Origin: Chrysomallon squamiferum
Taxonomy: Eukaryota; Animalia; Mollusca
Assembly: GCA_012295275.1 (NCBI GenBank)
Contig: CM022676.1
Span: 3,286,001-3,350,000 of the forward strand
Length of the DNA: 64,000 nt
Reading direction: 5' to 3'
How positions within the stretch are numbered: the first letter of the stretch is position 1; each line of letters begins with the position of its first letter. This document shows, in pieces, positions 28,807 to 41,960 of the stretch. The notes below the pieces were generated by a model that saw nothing but the letters and a program-made list of their open reading frames with translations, had not been told where the DNA came from and searched no databases. The translations under genes were made by a program, and so were the position numbers.

Positions 28807-29620
28807 TCTCGTTTGCAGCAAAAAGGAAAGGACTGTTTGTTTAACGACACTCAAAAATGTTTCTAATTTGCCGATTCTGATTGTTTGGTATAAAATAGCT
28901 GAGCTAGATCTGTTTTGCAGACAGAGAGGATAATAAAAAATATTTAAATATACATCAGTATGTATTTCAGTTAATAACTGTTTAGTGCAAGAAATAAAAA
29001 CGAAATATGATATGGAAAGTTGATATGGTTTCAACAAATAAACAAAGAAATATTAAAATAAAAAAAAAATAAAAAATAACAAAAAAAAATAAAAAATAAG
29101 CAATAATCTGAATCTTAAAAACAAACCAATGAAGTAAACAAATAAATCAGTAAATAAGAATGTAATTAAGTCTTAATAAGATGAAATCTAAAAGAAAAGA
29201 ACATTATAAGATAATGTCAACTAAACTTAAGAACGTAATAACACTGGTATTAGTGTATAGAGATCTGCATGCTAAACCACGCCCCTAACACAGCAAACTG
29301 ATTACACAGTAAAGTAATAGTGACACAAATACCGTTTTCAGTTTATCACCTCTGAGGGGTAGTGCTATACATATTTCAAATCCTACTGAATACTTAATTA
29401 TTGACATAGTGAAGAGAATTATTATTATTATTATTATCATCATCATCATCATCATTTTATTGTTATTGCTGCTGCTATTACTACTACTACTGCTGCTACT
29501 ATTTTTATAATTATTATTGTTATAGATATGTCTGTTGTTATTGTTGTTCTTATTATTATTGTTATTATTATTATTATTATTATTATATATTTTTTAAATT
29601 AAACACATACACACATTATG

Positions 29621-29674
<54 letters not shown>

Positions 29675-29829
29675 TTAATGTCGTGATTCTATGTTTAACA
29701 AGCTGCGACTCAAGACCTAATACAGATATTCTAAGTCAACACCTCTATCTTTTGTGTTCGGACAGTGCCAGCATTTTTTATATCGATGCAAAAACCTAAT
29801 ATTTTTTTCTTCTTTTCCCAATTGCCACA

Positions 29830-30450
29830 CTCACTGTGAAATTAAGATTTTTCATATCCAAATTAACACTTTTCATGTTCATAAAATCAGTGGTTTCTTT
29901 CTTATTTATTTTATTTTACTTTTTTTTAATAAAGAGGTGAATACCACTGTTCCTTTTTTTTTTCTTTTTTTTTACCACCCTGAGATCAAGATCACTGTTT
30001 TTTTTCATTCTAAGGTGAAAATCACTTGGGTTTTTTTTTTTTTTTTTTTTTATTCGAACTGAGGTCAGTACCACTAACATATTATTTATTTATTTTTATA
30101 TTTTTTTATACTGAGGTCAACATCAGTATTTTTATTTCACTCTGATGTCAACATTACTGTTATTATTTCACACTAAGGTAAACATTACTGTTTTTATTTT
30201 ATAAGGAGGCCAATGCCATTGTTTTTCGTACTGAGTTTAGCGTTACACGCATATATTTTTTTCACACTGGTATCAACCTCACTGTTTTTTCATATTCAGA
30301 TCAAAACTGCTTTCCATACTGAGGTCACGCTTTGGTCAGTGTTTTTCGCGTTAGACCCAAAAATCAGTTGTTTTGGGGTTTTTTTTGTTTATATACTGAA
30401 GTCATCGTAACTGATTTTGATAAGGCCAGCAACACTCAAAATACGTCACT
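29830..30450. repeat. Decayed minisatellite, ~30-45-bp unit (CACTGAGGTCAACATCACTGTTTTT-like)
   Basis: More than a dozen degenerate copies separated by T-tracts of variable length. Confidence 0.8.
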
Positions 30451-30629
30451 ACATTTCATTAGGAGATTAAGATTTTTATTTTCCTGTTCTGGCCAATTCT
30501 AGTTCTTTGTATGTTCATATTCTCTATTTCTCAAAGACGGATCAAAATGGTTTATTATTATTATTTCTTTTCTTTTTTTTTTTTTTTTTTTTTCTTTCTT
30601 TCCTTCTTCTTCTTCTTCTTCTTCTTCTC

Positions 30630-30900
30630 GTCCTCCTCCATGCTTAGGTCATCTACGCTGAAGCTAATTTTGTTTTGTGACATTTCTGGAACAACCCCTG
30701 TGTTTTGGACAAAGCACAATGCCACCAGGTCGCGGTGACCCAAGCTACTGACATCATCCTTGCACAAAGGCCTGTAATGATTTTAACGGATTTGACAATG
30801 TCGTCGACGTTGACGTTTCTTTTTTTTTTCTTCTTTTTTAAACTGCAATTAATGACACGTGTCGCGACGTTGTAAACGTCCTCGCCTTAGCGAGACGAAA
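30630..30900. promoter_or_regulatory. Enhancer-like high-complexity island
   Basis: IR3 palindrome AGGTCG-CGG-TGACCC at 30727-30741, several SOX-type ACAAAG/ACAATG sites, and the palindromes GACACGTGTC and GTCGCGAC at ~30854-30868. Confidence 0.4.
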
Positions 30901-31036
30901 TGTTCAGTAACTCTAATGAGCAAAAAATGCTAATTCTTTTAAATCACGGATTTTATATTTTTTTAGCATTTCATCACTGCTGAAATCAGTCTGTTAGCCG
31001 TGACGCATATATCAAAAATGCTATAACAACAGTAAC

Positions 31037-31165
31037 AGTAGTAGTACTAGTAGTAGTAGTAGTGGCAGTAGTCGTAAACGTGGTAGTAGTAGCTGTAGTA
31101 GTACTAGTAGTAGTATTAGTAGCAGTAGTCGTAAACGTAGTAGCAGTAACTGTAGTAGTAATATT
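31037..31165. repeat. 57-bp tandem duplication within a (GTA)n tract
   Basis: GTCGTAAACG recurs at 31071 and 31128 with matching flanks. Confidence 0.85.
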
Positions 31166-31688
31166 ACTAATAATAACCGCAACAACAACAATAATAATAA
31201 TAATGATGATGATGATGATGATAATAATAATAATAAAATAAATAGGAAAACGAAATCATACATATTGTATTTGAAAAATAAATAAATATAAATATAATAT
31301 AAATATAAATAAATAAATAAATAAATAGTATTTAAAATTATCCGAATATTGGCTAACAAATAATAATTTGTGAAACACTTGTGATCATAAAACATTTACT
31401 AATAAACAGCCAACGAAACAAAATACCGTTATTTATTTATTTCTATTACTATTATTATTATTATTTTTATTTTTATTATTATTATTACCATCATCATCAT
31501 TAGTATTATTAATATAACAATACAAATAAATAAATAAATATGAACGTACGGACTTCCATAACAATAAGAGATGCTAGTTTATATATTTTATAAATTAGAA
31601 ATAGAACGAAAAACAAATATTTATACATACATGTATTTTTAAAATGTAGATGATGGATATGACACTTAAAGCTGTATGTAATTTTAAA

Positions 31689-31725
<37 letters not shown>

Positions 31726-32207
31726 GATAATAATAATAATAACTGCAGCAGCAGCAACAACAAACAACAATAATAAATAAATAAATAATCACAAAACAGT
31801 AAAGATGATGATGATAAAAAAAAAAAAAAATAAACAGAAAAACAAATCAAATAAAAAAAATAAATAAATAAATAAAAATAAAAAATAAAACAAAATAGAG
31901 AAAAAAAAAAAAAAAAAAGTCTCATGACTGTCCTGTCAATAGCATGAAAAAGACTAACAATTATCTTTATTCAGACTCTTAAGAAATATTTCAGACCCGC
32001 GAGTCTGTCTGACTGTCTGTCTGTCTGTCTGTCTATTTAAACGCTATCTTCGATCAGTAACAGACAAACATTAGAAGAGATCAACTTTCTTCACTACCTC
32101 GTTGTCAAAGAGCAGACGAACATTGTTTATTTTCCCGCACTTTTCAAGTTTATGGAGACTTTGTCGTCAATGCTTGGTCTAAGCGCGCAGCTCACATAAA
32201 TTATGGA

Positions 32208-32240
32208 TAATGGCGTAGCTAGAGGCTTTGGCACCCACGT
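32208..32240 (+). mobile_element. Possible hAT-type transposon terminus fragment
   Basis: TAATGGCGTAGCTAGAGGCTTTGGCACCC resembles CAGTGGCGTAGCTAG-type termini of non-autonomous hAT elements. I found no partner end. Confidence 0.3.
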
Positions 32241-33039
32241 CATGTACAGTACCTAACTTGTTTAATATTCAGCAACATATTTAATAAACATTAACGAGGA
32301 ACGCTGATCTAATGTTTAGGCTATTGACCTAATTACAACGACGTAACAGCATCGAATCGAGTTCCGTGAACTCGTGAAATTATTTGTGTACATGAGCTTA
32401 TCTTCTCTTAGTATTATTATTATATTTTCTGAGATATAGTAAGTTAAATTATTTGTGAAAAATATTACACACCCACACACTCTAATGCAGTGCGGAAGTT
32501 ATGTTGTTTACTTATAAATTAAAAGACAATGATATCTTCTGAATTTCGTTCGTAACAAAATTGCTCGAACTTTCCACAGACATTGACCGATTTCAAACTG
32601 TTGATAAACAATTAGAAAAAAAACAACCTTTTGTCTGGTTCAAGGCCAGTTAGATTGGTATCTGATGTTAACATATTGTACAAAAACAATGTTTAATCTA
32701 ATATTAATTAATTACAATGTCTGAGTTGACATAACGAGATATTAATGTAACTTTAATTTGATGACAGCAGAAATATTTCATTAACACTTGTACTCAGATT
32801 AGAGCCGCTAAGTGTAAATGTTTTGCATATCTGCAGTATGAAACACTTTTAATTGTAGTTTTTAATTAGGAAATACTCAAGTAACATTTGCTTAAATTTA
32901 AATTTGAATTCAGCGTAACAGAAAACCTTTACATACGACATTTTATATTTTCTGCTTTTTGTGAACGTATTGGCCAAAAGTATCATATATACACTCTAAT
33001 ATTACAGCAGCGGGATTTATCAGGTATTTTTATATCACT

Positions 33040-33630
33040 GGAGATAACGATCGCATCTAGAAATGTCTTATTGATGATGTACAAAGTGCTTTATCAACAC
33101 AATTTACTGACAGGACATAAATAACTTAAAGCGATGACGGGTATTACTGAAAGGTGCACTGTGACATCGACCTATAATGAAATATCTTCGTGTGAACGAC
33201 AATGGAGATACGACTCGAAATATCTTACTGATATCTGCTCATATTGGTTGTTATTATGTCGAAACATATTGATAGGACTAAAGATATCTTCCTGTCAACA
33301 ATACATTCTACTCACATTGATTGTTTATTATGATGACACATACTGATAATACTAGCAATATCTACCTTCAAGCTTTAGATACCACTCGAAATGTTTTAAT
33401 GACATCGAATCACTGTTGCAGCTATTTTTAATTACACCGCCACACACTGATACTACTAGAAATATCTTACTCCCATCGAAAGACTTTGATGTTATTCGAA
33501 ATGTTTTGCTAACGACTCGTATTGACTTTAATGCTTATTATACTTATATCGACACATACTGGTGACACTAGCAATATTTTGCTCACATCGAGACATACTT
33601 AAGCTACTATAAAATTATTTCTGACCTCGA
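33040..33630. repeat. Decayed ~40-bp minisatellite
   Basis: Recurring ATACTGAT..ACTAGAAATATCTTACT.ACATCGA-like units. Confidence 0.7.
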
Positions 33631-33796
33631 TTGGTAACTCATAAAACTGAAGTTGTCTCATGTAATATAGATACATCTTGAAATCACTGTAAGTTTTAAT
33701 TTTTGAGTTTCTAAATTTATTTTATTTACTTTTTATTTTACTTACATTTTTCTTGAATTTATTTTATCATCATAACTCAGTACAAAACTTAGGTAA

Positions 33797-33827
<31 letters not shown>

Positions 33828-33885
33828 TATGTTTCTAAATAACCTTTTCTGATCCAATAACAAAAAAAAAAAAAATTTTCCATTT

Positions 33886-33937
<52 letters not shown>

Positions 33938-34765
33938 GAGAGACTTCTGTCTCAGCCCAGTGGTTTGTCAAAACGAAAAGAATTGTTCTGTTCTACTGTT
34001 TATTCGCCACTTCTACTTTACGTTATTCATAAAACGACGTCGAGTCAGTCACAGGAATAAATTCAATTTACATTCAGCCAAGCAGACAGTTCAATGGGTG
34101 CTGCGAAAGCAAAACATTCTTCAGTGAACCGTTTAAAAAGAGACGTTTTCCATCGCTGACAACGATCAGAGACTCGGAACAGCACTAAATAATTTTTCTT
34201 GAATACATTAGCAAAATGTCTATTTAATATTAACTCGACGTCATCCTGGTTCGCGGTTTTTGTGGACATATTCAGTGACGGATCCGAAATTATTATTATT
34301 ATTATTACACAGACGGTGAAAGGGTTCGCCAATAAATTATAAGTTTAAACAGGGTGTAAAAGGTTAGGCAATACATTAAACCAGCTGACTGGTCATTTCG
34401 CTTTCAGAGGCGGGTCTAAGATTACTTTGCAGAGGGTTTTGGTAATATATTAAACTTGATGACATTCCTGTTCCATTTGCGGACGTTTCCAGACAGTTTA
34501 TTTTATAAAGAGTGATGAAAGTTTAGTCGATTAATTAAACCGGATAACTTCGTAGACTAATCAAGAGCGGCGGTTCAAAAATTGTACCAGAGAGGGCGAC
34601 AGAAAATAATGCATCACATTAGATGGTTCTTTCTTTTGTCTGTAAGACACATTTTGGTACCCTCATTAGCAGATTCAGCTTTTTAACTAACTAAAATTAA
34701 TTACTTAAGTTAATTACTAAGATGGTCAGTTATTTTACTGATGGTAATGGTGCTTTGTAACACGT

Positions 34766-34985
34766 TAAACCTGATGGTGCGTGTTGTAAAGGTTTTCACT
34801 GGCAAATCTTGGCTTAATTTAAACAGACGTTATAAAGTGTGGCACGCTGGTTTGTTCGTTTTGTAAATTATCAGTTGCGTATCCTAAATTATTTCCACAC
34901 AGACTGTGGGTTTGGCAGTTACGTAAACCTAATGACATTCTGATTTGTTCGTCTTGTAAACATGTCATAGCAAATCCGGGAGCAT
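34766..34985. repeat. Three diverged tandem copies of a ~60-90-bp unit
   Basis: TAAACCT.ATG..(TGATTTGTTCG)T.TTGTAAA..TCA..GCAAATC starts at about 34766, 34833 and 34924. Confidence 0.6.
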
Positions 34986-35962
34986 ATTACGTGGGGATGG
35001 TATTAGATAATAAATTTACATAACACATGTTTGATTTTAATTTGATGATATCCTGGTACGTTCACCTTACTTGACGTGTTGGAGTCATATCCTGGAATTT
35101 GTTTGTTTATTTCTTTTGTTTGTTCGTTAGTTTGTTTTTGTTGATTAATTAATTTATTATTGTTGTTGTTGAGTGTGTTCTAGTTAAAACAAGGAACGAA
35201 AAGATAACTCGACTTTCGACAAGAGTAAAATAATTAAACTTCTAAATAAACTTGTGAATACTGAAACAAAACTAATAATTTACATGCTAAAGCTACACCT
35301 TACTAAGTAAATTTAAAAAAAAAAAATCATCTTCGTTAAACATCAAAGTAATTTATCAGTAGTTCTTAAGACCTGGAGAGAAAAGATAAATTTACTAAAT
35401 ATATAAAGAAAAACAAAATAAGGCAGAATGGATGAAGACAACGACAACGTCACCTGGCACTGGCATCATAGATGAGGTTGTTGTGTCTAGTTGCTGGAGT
35501 AGTATGACATCACTAGGTATGACTCATGATGGCATCAACATGGTTGATGATGTGGATCCAAGAGTTAATCAATCTCAAAACTGAATTAATAGTTTTTCAA
35601 CGTTGATGTTAACGAGCAATGGCATCACTGCGGCAAAATATGATGACAACTCTGAAGTGAATGACGGTGTTATTCAGATATTTTGTTTAAAGTATTAAAG
35701 TAGATATATGGTTTGTTTGCAGATCTCTCTCTCGGGGAAAACAACAGCCATGTTATCATCAACATACCCAAAACCACTTTTCAAATCTATGACGTCAATG
35801 ATGACGTAAATGATAATAAACATTTATTCATATTAAGGCAATTGACTAAATTAATAAGAACCTTATTTACCTACTGAATACAAAAAATAGTATTTCATGT
35901 GACATTCATTCGATAAACATTACTAAATTATACAAATAAAACCAGGAAATCACCTCTCATGA

Positions 35963-36006
<44 letters not shown>

Positions 36007-36049
36007 TTTTTAAAAAACTTTTATTAGATAAAAAAAAAAAATCTGATTT

Positions 36050-36103
<54 letters not shown>

Positions 36104-36287
36104 TTTTTGAAATGTTCTAGTTTGATATCAACTGCCGTTGTTTCAAGTAAGTCAGAATATGGCTGTTTGTTTACGATTGCGTTCATTACAGCTTGGCAGC
36201 GGTCGTTTCAGGACAAACTGGCAACATTTCCCTATCAACTCCATGGACTGGAAAACGGCCTACTGCACGCAATACACCTAACACGTG

Positions 36288-36322
36288 CAGGGAAGGATCC
36301 AGCAATTTCAAAAGGGGAGGCA
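36288..36322 (+). mobile_element. Possible hAT-like MITE left terminus
   Basis: CAGGGAAGGATCCAGCAATTTCAAAAGGGGAGGCA resembles the CAGGGGCGGATCCAGGAATTT..GGGGGGC termini common in invertebrate non-autonomous DNA transposons. Only a very decayed candidate right end exists near 36480-36511. Confidence 0.35.
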
Positions 36323-36381
36323 TCATAATGATGAGTATATTATACCTCAACACATATACGCACACTCACACACATACACAA

Positions 36382-36421
<40 letters not shown>

Positions 36422-37605
36422 ACACACACACACACACACAAAAGAAGAAAATAATTATGTGCAGAAAGTAGGTGAAAAACATGCCGGTTTCGATACTTTG
36501 ATTCATGTGTGATACGGATAAGGGAAACCACGTGCTTCCCAGCACTATTAATAAAACATTGAATGTTTTGTCTAGAAGCCAAAATGAGAAAAGCAGAAGG
36601 TCGTAAAGCATAATCTTCAAACACAGGCGCTATTCATAAACCGTGCCACTTCGGCTGTTTCCGTGAACTAAGACCTCTCCTTTGGAATTAAAAGAGGCTC
36701 TGTCTTTTCAGAAAAAAAAACTAAAAGTGAAATTTCCTTTTGGAAATAATTTTTTTTTTTTTTTTTTTTTTTTACGGTTTTATATTTCATTATATTTTTA
36801 ATTGTTATTATTTGTTTTGTTTGTTTGGTTGATTGCTTCTTTTGATATTTGTTTATTTGTTTGTTTTGTTAAAAAAAAAGAAGAACAGTAATGGCACAAA
36901 GGAATTAATTAAATGAACAAAAATAAAGTCTGGTTTCGATAAATTTAAGATATCTATACATACTGTAGTAATTATATATAATGGCTCCAAGCAGTCGAAA
37001 GTAATAATAAAAAAATATTATAATAATAATAATAATAATAACAACAACAAGAAGAAGAAGAAGAAGAAGAAGAAGAAGAAGAAGAAGAAAAAGAAAAAGA
37101 TAATAATCTCTCGTTGGCATAACGTCATTAAATTGTCTACTAGCGAAGTTATCTACCCTTGTCGTCTGCCAACATTTATACATTCCTGTGGTTTGTTGCT
37201 AAATGACCCGGTAATGTTAGAGCAGCGTTCTGTGGCTAGACCATAGCTGTCAGAAAACTATCTCCACTGATATTTCCATTATCAATTCGACGAATTAGAC
37301 TCGGTGTACTCAATCAACTCGCTAACTGCTTGAAAGTGAAATAAATGTACATAAAAGGCCTTTGAGTACGTTTCGAGGGGTTGTCTCGAATAAATCGCTT
37401 TGACGAGAAATTATTGGCTGCGTGGAAAATAATAACTCTGACATCTGTAACCAGAGTTTTGGGGATATGTGAGTAGGTGGAAAGTAGATTCATAAATTAG
37501 TAAGTTAGAACTATAAATAAAGCAATAAATGGTTAGTGAACACATTTTAAAATTAAATATATAAAATAATATTATTAATAAATGAAGAAAGAAAGAAAGA
37601 AGAAA

Positions 37606-37642
<37 letters not shown>

Positions 37643-38126
37643 TGAAGAAAACAAAAACAAACAAATAATAAATATATAAATAAAAAACTAAAGTAACGGG
37701 TGAATAATGAATGATGAATAAATTATTACAAAATTCTCTTTAAATCGAGAACAAAGCAGAAACAATCTTAACGATGATGTTATTCACAACGACAATGACG
37801 TATAAATGACAATAACACAGACTGATATACAAACAAGGAAATAAACACTTCAAAGAAACCTGAACTGTTTCTAGTGTAATTAGTAAACAAAGAAATAAAC
37901 ACACACATACGCACACAGACACCCACACAAAGTAAAAAACTGGAACATCAAAAGTAATTATAAGTATTAGAACATCTGAAAGGTTAATCAATAAACTATC
38001 AATCAGTCAGTAATAAAACAACAACAACAAAAACAACAATTTGTCAAAAGAAATAATCGCCAGATAAACAGAAGTAATAAACTGATAAATGCATAAATAT
38101 ATATATATATATATATGGATCCGATA

Positions 38127-38185
<59 letters not shown>

Positions 38186-38282
38186 TGATGATTCTGCAAC
38201 AATAAATAACAATAGCAAAAACAATAATTATTTATAAATGACAACTAATAATTATTTATAACAACAACAACAATAATAATAA

Positions 38283-38332
<50 letters not shown>

Positions 38333-38539
38333 GATTATGATTATTATCATCATCATCATTATTATTATTAAAGAAAGACACAAAGAATAAAAAACAACTA
38401 AATTATGGAACAAAAACGACACATAAACTGTTTCAAAGAAATTTGTAAATAACAAAACAAAAAAAAAACCAACATAAATACGAAAAAAAAAAAAAAGAAA
38501 AAAAAGTTTTTTCATTTCTTAACTAGTATTTGTACTTAC

Positions 38540-38601
38540 CGAGTATTCGTTTGTACAAGAAAACGTTGTCATATTCAACTTTTTTTCTGACTTCGTATCT
38601 G
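38540..38601 (-). other. Candidate minus-strand exon (62 nt; NAGNAG alternative 59 nt)
   Basis: The acceptor is tttaatatttcag|cag and the donor is TCG|GTAAGT. Two frames are open (RYEVRKKVEYDNVFLYKRIL and DTKSEKKLNMTTFSCTNEYS). Confidence 0.55.
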
Positions 38602-39750
38602 CTGAAATATTAAATATAAAATTAAAACCTTTGAAATCCAGATTATTTATAAAATTTTCATTATATTAGAAAAGATGTTAAATTTTTCCATGAAAATCAA
38701 TAAATCTAATATGGCTCTTTAATAATGATAATATTGAATTTTGTTCCTTGTCGCAGTTAAGCATAAAATTAATATTAAAGTTTATGATAAACATGAGACA
38801 AAAACAAATACATGAATTTTAAAAAAATTTAAAATGTCAGCTTGAAAATAGAATTAGATATGTTTTATCATGAAAACAACAACAATATAAACAACAAGAA
38901 AACAAAAACTAAAATCTCCAAGGGAAAAAGAAAATTATAAAAAGTTAAATAAGATTCAAAACACAAACAAAACTAAAAGGAAAACAAAAGAAAAAAAAAA
39001 GAAATAAAAGAAAGAAAGAAAGAAGAAAAAAACGACAATTGAAAATCACACACACACACACAAAATTAAAATTGTAATATAGCTTAGTATTAATAAAGTA
39101 ACATTTTTGTGTTTCGACACGATTATACATTTTTGTTCTTTCATCTTTTTGAGTGGTGACAGTAGAAGTAACAATGTTAAAAAAATATAACTTTAAATAA
39201 CAATAATAATAATAACAACAGTTTCAACAGCAACAACAACAAATATAACAATAACAACAACAATAATAAAAACAATAATAAAAACAATAATAATATTAAT
39301 AATAAAAATAATAATAACAACAAAACACTAGGCTGAAAGACAAAAGACACGTAGGACAAAGCAGATATTTAAGCTGTAAGCTGTCTAGATAAGTAATTTG
39401 AAATCATGATCGGTGATATGTAATTCAAATGACTAAGTGTGTCTAAGTGTGTTAGTGTGTCACGCTAGTATGCATTTATGCATGCACAAAAGCACGGATA
39501 AACTTTTTGTCACCGCGTCTAAAAATACAGAGGCTTAAATTGCGTACACAGCAAATTTTTTATTTTGCGTATTTGATAATGTGTTGCGTATGTAATTATT
39601 ATAATGTGTCCAACAAAGTATGCTGACTATGTTTGCGTGTGTGTCTATGTGTGCGTATGCATATAGATGAGTATGTATGTATGCATGTTTGCATCTATTA
39701 TTGTAATGTATGTCTGTATGTATGCACGTACGTATTTGCATATTAAAATA

Positions 39751-39781
<31 letters not shown>

Positions 39782-40161
39782 ATACATATAGGTGTATGTC
39801 TGTGTGCTTTTCCATTTTTGCTCGTGCAAGAAATTAACAGTTTGTAAAGTTTTAACAACAGTACTGTACTTCCTTGTTTAAACATTCACAGTGTATATTT
39901 CTTTATGCATATAGTTTAAACGTAATATATGGTGTTATATAGTTGTATTAGTTATCCAAAGCAAAAGAAGTATCATTTTATAATTAGATATTTTAGATAA
40001 CTACTGACGAACGAATATCTGAGTGGTTGGGTATCAAGCCGAATGGATGGATATGAAACCATTAACCCCCAAAAATAAACACGTTAAAAGTGCATAACCA
40101 ACGCGACACTGATACCGCTCTGACAAACAGACTGCACACGTAATAACGTGAGAAACCTTAC

Positions 40162-40357
40162 CCTCAACGCCACAGCTACAAGTATGGAAATGAATACGTC
40201 ATGAAGCCTTAACCACAAACCACTCAGAATAAGTGTAAACACAGCTGCAATAGCATGTACCTTTAATGAGTTGAGTTTCTCTCAGCGCGGATCAAGCTGG
40301 AAGTGTCCATGGGTCGGTTAAAGGGTCTGTCTTTACAGTCTGTCCTCGCTAGGAAAC
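40162..40357 (-). other. Candidate minus-strand non-coding exon (196 nt, or 97 nt with donor at 40261)
   Basis: The acceptor is ctgtatttttcag|G. Possible donors are AAG|GTACAT (40261) or AGG|GTAAGG (40162). It is GC-richer than its flanks and has stops in all frames. Confidence 0.5.
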
Positions 40358-41699
40358 CTGAAAAATACAGTTAATTTATTTTTTATTTTAATCTCGATTC
40401 GTAATCGTCTGGTGTCAGGAGATAAATAATATAGTTTAATTCATGGGTACTGTTTGAATAATTGTTTTGTCATTTGTAATTAATCTAGTGGTCCTAGTTG
40501 TATCGTTGTCATCGTAGCTTGGTATTTAGTTGTACCCATCAATATTAGTAATGTCTTTTGTTGAGAAATTTCTATTTCTTTAGCAAATATATTAAATTAA
40601 CAACAACAACAACAATAATAAATAAGTAAATAAATAAATAAATTTTCTTTACGATTATCACACCAGAATTAAATAAACAAAAACTAATAGGCACTGATGA
40701 TGATGATGATGATGATAATGATTATGACGATAATGATTTGGTATTTCTATTTAAGTAACATTTACAATATGAAACAGCATTTGTTTTCTGTTAATATATC
40801 TTAACAAAGTAAATATATAGCAGTAGCATTATATTTACATTTTATTTTTGTTTAATGTTTAAAAAATCATTACTACAAAATATATAAGTACTTTATTTCG
40901 GTGTTATAGCTGTTATTAATATTTATATATTTCAAACCACAAAAAAAAAGAAGAGAAAAAGTTATTATTGCTGTATAATTTCAGTGACTATTATGATTAC
41001 AGTAATCTTTTACTGTTATAAATCACGTAAAAATAAAAATATTTTATTGTTTTTCTTTCAGCGAAAAATGTTACAGGTCTAGTTAAGGTTATAATTTATT
41101 TCTTTTTCACGTTTTCAAATCTCGTTAAGAGAGAAATTCCGTGACTTTAACATTTACAATAAGCAACTGATTTTCAGCTAATTTCGTTTTTAATATTTTT
41201 CTTTTGTCCGACCCTTGAGCCAAGCAGCTGTAGAAAAAGAAAGAAAACGTCATGAAACTCATAAATTATTTCTAAAACGAGGCGAGATTAATGAACCGGG
41301 GTAATAAACTAGTTAACTAATGGGGCCCAGTACTGAGAGAAAACGCGAAGTAGTTTATTATTTAAGAAAGAACAAAAAAAAAAAAAAAAAATAGAGAAAC
41401 GAAGTAAAAAAAAAAAAAAAAAAAAAAAAACTTTATATATTTCTTTCTTTGCCTCTATCAGTCACGGAAAGGTAAGGATGCATTATTGTAGCGTACGCTG
41501 TACTTAGATTAGCGAAGCGTTGCAAGTTTGTTTGTGTTTGTGCAGTATATAATGATGCAGTATTTTGCCATAGTTTGCCTAGGGCTTTCAGAAGAGAAAT
41601 CTGACAAAAATGCACCATGCACCAGTATCGCTTTACCGGATGAATGACAGCTGGGGGAAAAAGAGTTATAAAAAAAAAATTAAAAAAAAAATAAAAAAA

Positions 41700-41960
41700 A
41701 ATCCATGGTAATATGCGGCAGGTTGTTGTGATGATAAAAGCATTGTTCTTGTGTCCATGTCGACAAAGGCTGTATCGACTTTGTTTAACAGTGAGTCTAG
41801 TGCACAGCCAGGTTGTGGCGACATGACACAGAACATGCCCCATTGCATGTTCGCATGCATATGACCCCGCCCATTTGCATGCGACCTGAAATCACACAAC
41901 CTGCTTTTTCATTTTGTCGACAGAGTAGCTATAGGTGTGACGTAATCAAAAAGACAGCCA
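41700..41960. promoter_or_regulatory. Enhancer-like island (GC box + octamer)
   Basis: CCCCGCCC at 41865-41872 abuts ATTTGCAT at 41873-41880. It also has TGACGTAA near 41938 and an inverted ACAAAG/CTTTGT pair. Confidence 0.45.

Noticed and set aside
30561-30771. Minus-strand ORF/exon PLCKDDVSSLGHRDLVALCFVQ...
   Set aside because: The acceptor (atcattacag) is weak, there is no donor, it runs into a (GAA)n/poly-A tract and it has no homology. It is better explained as a regulatory island.
37113-37173. Pre-miRNA-sized hairpin GTTGGCA...TGCCAAC
   Set aside because: Only ~11 bp pair, the interior does not form a continuous stem, and it matches no conserved bilaterian miRNA that I recall.
41865-41880. 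GC box + octamer as an snRNA distal sequence element
   Set aside because: No snRNA-like sequence is recognisable 200-250 bp away on either strand.
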